The notes under the pieces are model-generated. The model saw only the letters and a list, made by a program, of their open reading frames with translations, made no database searches and was not told the origin of the DNA. DNA of 63,543 nucleotides, the filler included. It is 4 parts of 4 records of this genome, joined end to end, with 100 filler letters (N's around TTAATTAATTAA, not from the genome) between each part and the next. Parts side by side here need not be neighbours in the genome. Positions count along the whole stretch, not along the records: positions 56,087 to 63,543 come from SRR31156797_355; 3 more parts are not named here. The stretch is one strand, 5' to 3'. Position 1 is the first letter of the stretch. Each line of letters starts with the position of its first letter. The position numbers were made by a program, and so were the translations under genes. Below, piece by piece: positions 59,732 through 63,543 of the stretch.

Positions 59732-60779
59732 GTTTCCACCCCTTACCCTGGGTCTTTTTTAGTAAATACCCGAAAACAGGCGCCCCGATAATGGCCGTAA
59801 TTATACCTAGTGGTAATTCCGAAGCAGTGGCCGCCCTGGCCAGGTCATCGATCAGCAAAGTGTATGTTCCCCCTATCAGGGCGGAAACAGGCAAAAGGGT
59901 CTTATGATCCGGTCCGACGACCATGCGTGCGATATGCGGAACCACCAGGCCGACCCAGCCGATTATTCCGGCCGCGGAAATAACAGCCGATGTTATTACG
60001 GTTACTCCAACCAGTATCATCCACCTGATGCGATCCACGTTCACGCCCATGGCTTCCGCTTCTTCATCGCCCAAGCTGACCAGATTGATTCTGAAGCGCA
60101 TGGCGTAAATAAAACCGCCGGCCAGGAAAATAGGGATTATCGCCGGTAAAAAATTGTTGTATGCGGCGGCAGAAAAACTGCCCATCAACCAGACCACAAT
60201 GGCTGGAAGCTTGTCATAAGGATCAGCTGTGTACTTAATCAGGGACGTCAGGGCGGTGAAAAAGGCGCTGGCGATCACGCCGGACAAAACCAGCATTAAA
60301 ATCGGAGATTTTCCTTCAGTGCGGCTCATAAGGTAGACCAGGGCCATTGCGGCCAGGCCGAAAGCAAAGGCTGACGCCATGGTCATTATCTGACTTTCGA
60401 ACAGCAAAATGGCCAATGCCCCGCCAAAGCCGGCGCCGGACGAAACTCCGATAATCTGGGGTCCGACCAGGGGATTCCTGAAGACGCCTTGCAAGGCCGC
60501 GCCGCACATGGCCAACCCTGCTCCTGAAACCAGGGCCAACAAAACGCGCGGGATTCTTATCAGGTCGATTACTTTTGCATCCGTTGCGGACCAGAACTGC
60601 TCGATCGGCGCAACCTTGGAGATCAAAATCCCGGCCACATTGCTTAACGGAACGTCATACCTGCCTATTCCAAGTGATATCAGGGCCGCAAACGCCATAA
60701 GCGCCCACAAGAATCCCTTTAACCCTAGCGGGTTTCTTTTTATTGAAAACAATTTTGTTTCAGCCAAACCAGCTTGCAT
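59724..60779 (-). CDS. FecCD/BtuC family ABC permease
   Basis: RIPR, QGVFRNPL, WLMGS, GWVGLVVPH. Confidence 0.95.
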   Translation of the reverse strand: MQAGLAETKLFSIKRNPLGLKGFLWALMAFAALISLGIGRYDVPLSNVAGILISKVAPIEQFWSATDAKVIDLIRIPRVLLALVSGAGLAMCGAALQGVFRNPLVGPQIIGVSSGAGFGGALAILLFESQIMTMASAFAFGLAAMALVYLMSRTEGKSPILMLVLSGVIASAFFTALTSLIKYTADPYDKLPAIVVWLMGSFSAAAYNNFLPAIIPIFLAGGFIYAMRFRINLVSLGDEEAEAMGVNVDRIRWMILVGVTVITSAVISAAGIIGWVGLVVPHIARMVVGPDHKTLLPVSALIGGTYTLLIDDLARAATASELPLGIITAIIGAPVFGYLLKKTQGKGWKHD

Positions 60780-60854
60780 GAATCCGCCTGATTTTAGTTT
60801 AAAAAATACTCGACCAGGGGCTGCCGCGCGTTGGACAGCCCCTCTTATTTATTG

Positions 60855-61385
60855 TTAATCCGCCTGAATCGATTTTTCCGTTATTTCCAGAATCTCGGAA
60901 GGATCGTGTTTCATTATTTCATCACCCAGGCCGTGCTTCAGGCCGTTCCAGCGCTCGGTTTCTTCTTCCGTTCCAAATCCGGCTTCACACTTATGGCCCA
61001 ATTCCGCGAAATCATCCGGCAGAATGCCCGCTTTTAATCGGAGCCCGATCACACTTTTTCCATATTGGATTACAAAGGCGAACTTGCCGAATGGAGAAGC
61101 CGGCCCCTGGTCAAGGGACGGATCGACAATGATTCTTTGGCGGGTTGCGGCCCGGGTTAAAAATTCAAAAGTATCCATGAGGCCTGGCGGATTCAGCCCT
61201 GTTTTGACGCTTACCAGGTTGCGGTCCAGCGGCTGATTGTTATTAAGCTCCCTGGCCGCGTACTGAATAATTTTAAAAGCCAGCGCTACGCCGCCCCAAT
61301 GATCCTTGTCGTGGTATTTGGATAGGTCTTCATACGATATTTCAACCTGTCCCTGAAAGTGTTTTACAGCGATTGTTTCAGTCAT
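60855..61385 (-). CDS. FmdE-like protein
   Basis: DLSKYH....GGVALAFK and D.FEF.T pattern resemble the FmdE N-terminal domain. Confidence 0.6.
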   Translation of the reverse strand: MTETIAVKHFQGQVEISYEDLSKYHDKDHWGGVALAFKIIQYAARELNNNQPLDRNLVSVKTGLNPPGLMDTFEFLTRAATRQRIIVDPSLDQGPASPFGKFAFVIQYGKSVIGLRLKAGILPDDFAELGHKCEAGFGTEEETERWNGLKHGLGDEIMKHDPSEILEITEKSIQAD

Positions 61386-61447
61386 TGAGTCTCCTGTTTA
61401 ATTTAGTTTTGCTTCGAGTGTTCATCGACATTCCCTGGCCGACGGTT

Positions 61448-62581
61448 CTACTTTTCCCGCCAGGCCCCGGTTGTCGATGGATTGAGAATTTTTTTCACTT
61501 GTTTATCGTTCAGCTCGTAGTTATAGATTTTTTTAAAATGAGCTTTTATTTCTTCTTTAATGTCCAAGTCTTTAAAGAGGTCGGGATGAATTTTTGTTGC
61601 AGTCCACTTGAGCATAAGGCTTGAATCCCCACTGGGAGGGTACCACCGGTATTCACCCAGGGGTATTTTATAAACCCGGCCGTTTTTAACCGCATTGATG
61701 GATCTCCAGTCCTGCCCCGGAATATTATTTTCGAGAATATCTTCGGGCCTGGTCGGGCAAAAGTTGGTAATGAATATGACATCCGGATTCCAGACCATTA
61801 TTTGCTCCATGTTTACGGAGCTCCCCCTTGGACTTGTCTTTATTTCCGCGGCAACGTTGACGGCGCCCGTCTCGGACAGCCAGAAATTGGCAAACGACCC
61901 TGTTCCCGTGGCCATCAATTTTTCGGCATTAAAAAGAATCAACCCTTTGGGCCGCTTGTTTTGAGGAATTTTTTCCACCCGCTCGGCGATCATCTCTCTT
62001 GTCCGGTTAAAGTCGTCAATCAGTTCCGCGGCCCGCTCTTCCTTTCCAAGCACGCGTCCGACAAGCTCTATATGCTTTTCCAGGTATTGGTCCAGTTCCT
62101 TGAGCCCTTCATGGGTAACGACTACGGGGACGCCCAATTTTTCGAGTTGTTCTATATTCGCTTTTTCAAACGAAACCTGAAAAACAAGATCGGGCTTCAA
62201 TTTTAAAACCTCTTCGATATTCATTTTGAAGCCGCCCTGGATGAATTTGGTTTCCGCCTTTTCCATTTCCGGGGCCATCAATTTCAGAATGGAATTCATC
62301 CAGGCGCTTTTGCTCATGGGATGCATGCCCGCGATTTTTTCACCCGTGCCGTCAACCGCGAATATCAGGTTCGGCATGACCACCGGGCCGGTGACTATTC
62401 TCTCGAGTTTTTTCGGTATTTTGACGGTTCGCCCGGCGGTGTCGGTAATTGTAAAGTAGTCCCCGGCTTGCACTGCAACAGGCAGGGCTGTTAAAGAGAC
62501 CAAGGCGAGCAACATTGTAAAAACAAGAGCTTTATTGAAGTGCACTACAACCGGTTTTTTCAAAATTTTAACGCGCACCAA
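61448..62581 (-). CDS. Periplasmic binding protein, FepB/BtuF (class III) family
   Basis: TITDTAGRTVKIP, NIEEVLKLKPDLV, AVKNGRVY; GGAGG RBS at 62593-62589 places the start at TTG 62581 or GTG 62578. Confidence 0.92.
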   Translation of the reverse strand: MVRVKILKKPVVVHFNKALVFTMLLALVSLTALPVAVQAGDYFTITDTAGRTVKIPKKLERIVTGPVVMPNLIFAVDGTGEKIAGMHPMSKSAWMNSILKLMAPEMEKAETKFIQGGFKMNIEEVLKLKPDLVFQVSFEKANIEQLEKLGVPVVVTHEGLKELDQYLEKHIELVGRVLGKEERAAELIDDFNRTREMIAERVEKIPQNKRPKGLILFNAEKLMATGTGSFANFWLSETGAVNVAAEIKTSPRGSSVNMEQIMVWNPDVIFITNFCPTRPEDILENNIPGQDWRSINAVKNGRVYKIPLGEYRWYPPSGDSSLMLKWTATKIHPDLFKDLDIKEEIKAHFKKIYNYELNDKQVKKILNPSTTGAWREK

Positions 62582-62654
62582 GATATAACCTCCTAATGAA
62601 TTCAATTTTATTTCCAAGCGCCCGGCAGTTATGTCGTCGTCCGTCCCGACCAAT

Positions 62655-62698
62655 AAAAAAGGCGCAATCAGGTAATTTTTATTACCAAACTGCGCCTT
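62655..62698 (-). terminator. Intrinsic terminator within the 5' leader of the ABC operon (attenuator)
   Basis: AAGGCGCAGT..GGTAAT-AAAA-ATTACC..ATTGCGCCTT-TTTT, about 75 nt before the start codon. Confidence 0.8.
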
Positions 62699-62845
62699 CA
62701 CTTTTTCCGCAACCGCGGGGGCTTCGAAAACCGTAAGACATTTCCGGGGCTCATCCGTTTTGATCAACAAACCCCGTTTTTTTAGACCCGGCCGATTTAG
62801 TATAAATATGGATCAGCCCCTTATAGGGATTCCCGTATCGGCCTT
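62699..62845 (-). ncRNA. Candidate riboswitch/cis-regulatory leader RNA, class unassigned
   Basis: Several stems (GGCCGAT/ATCGGCC, CCCT/AGGG, GGGGTT/AGCCCC, CCGC/GCGG) between a promoter and the leader terminator. Confidence 0.5.
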
Positions 62846-62849
62846 GATT

Positions 62850-62878
62850 AAAATAAGCATATTTATTAGGAATGTCAA
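62850..62878 (-). promoter_or_regulatory. Sigma70-like promoter of the leader
   Basis: TTGACA-17 nt-TATTTT. Confidence 0.6.
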
Positions 62879-63029
62879 ATATTATTTTATAGCGCTAACT
62901 CCATTTATAGAATACTTTTCATAATTCATTCAGAGCCTGGAAAGGATTCAGCCGAACCTCGGGGATTCGGCCTTTAAATCTCATATGCTAATTATTGTTA
63001 TGTGAGACAGATGAGAGGAAAATCAATCA

Positions 63030-63543
63030 TCAAGGCATTATGGTTGATATGAAGCAGCCGCCGTTACCGCTGCCTCCGCCGCCAAGATCGATGCCGGAAC
63101 CCGATCCCGGCCCCGGTCCGGGCGCCAGGCCGCCCAGGACGTCATGAACGAAAACATCACCTGTGTTGTTGGCGTCGCCGGGGATCAAGTTTGTTGACAT
63201 GGATTCAAAAGCGATATACCGGGAGTTGTTCGCAGCAATAGCGGAACCGCCGCTTTGACGGTCGCCCTGGGTTCCATTCGGACTTACGCTTAAACATGAT
63301 GTATGGCCTGTATTGCGGTCATGGAGAAAAATTTGTATAAAAAAATTATTAATCCCGGGGGCCAGGTTGGTCGAGTTTGACACAAAAGCTACAAACATCC
63401 CGTCCCCGGAAATTGTCGGATCGGATGAATTCCTGTTACTTTGCTCCCCGGCCGAATTAACGCTGACCATCGTTGTTTGTCCAGCGACTCGGTCACGAAC
63501 GAAAATATCCGTTCGGTTATTTACATCCCCCGGGACAAGGTTG
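63030..63543 (-). CDS. C-terminus of a TolB/PD40-repeat beta-propeller protein with Gly-rich linker and GGCFI C-terminal tag; 5'-truncated
   Basis: Repeats PTISGDGMFVAFVS..NL, DVFVHD; ends GGGGSGNGGCFISTIMP. Confidence 0.85.
   Translation of the reverse strand, partial: NLVPGDVNNRTDIFVRDRVAGQTTMVSVNSAGEQSNRNSSDPTISGDGMFVAFVSNSTNLAPGINNFFIQIFLHDRNTGHTSCLSVSPNGTQGDRQSGGSAIAANNSRYIAFESMSTNLIPGDANNTGDVFVHDVLGGLAPGPGPGSGSGIDLGGGGSGNGGCFISTIMP

Noticed and set aside
62582-62770. N-terminal 63 aa of the 440-aa ORF call
   Set aside because: Overlaps the leader terminator; RBS and signal peptide place the true start at 62581/62578
62699-62845. Canonical cobalamin, TPP or SAM-I riboswitch call
   Set aside because: Only fragments resemble them (GGGAA, GCTGA, GCCCCCGC); diagnostic cores are missing, so left unassigned

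Overview
This window is not one locus. It is four unrelated contigs joined by artificial N/TTAATTAATTAA/N linkers (18895-18994, 38915-39014, 55987-56086). (1) 1-18894: Vibrionaceae-like core chromosome (rpoC, rsd, nudC, hemE, envC, gpmI, psd, rsgA, orn, start of a tRNA), with a candidate sRNA and a collapsed MITE-like palindrome. (2) 18995-38914: GC-rich, probably spirochaetal DNA with two-component systems, a tripartite tricarboxylate transporter and an IS110-family element. The IS non-coding end carries two near-identical stem-loops whose variable strands match the reconstructed target (11/11 nt) and donor junction (7/7 nt), so it is a readable bridge RNA. The element sits exactly in the Shine-Dalgarno sequence of an MFS gene and regenerates it. 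(3) 39015-55986: Bacteroidota-like defence island. A type I-D CRISPR effector module (cas10d with a likely internal cas11d start, cas7d, cas5d, cas3', cas6) is embedded between a WYL-cas6 pair and a type I-B-like cas4-cas1 module, with three cargo genes inside. Upstream lie an unassigned DUF2188-SIR2-ORF144-membrane protein cassette and a tyrosine recombinase. No CRISPR array is present because the contig ends inside cas1. (4) 56087-63543: Desulfobacterota-like DNA with a metal-chelate ABC transporter and FmdE-like gene behind a long structured, terminator-containing leader (candidate riboswitch). All calls rest on motif reading by eye; no database searches were run, and taxonomy is inferred.
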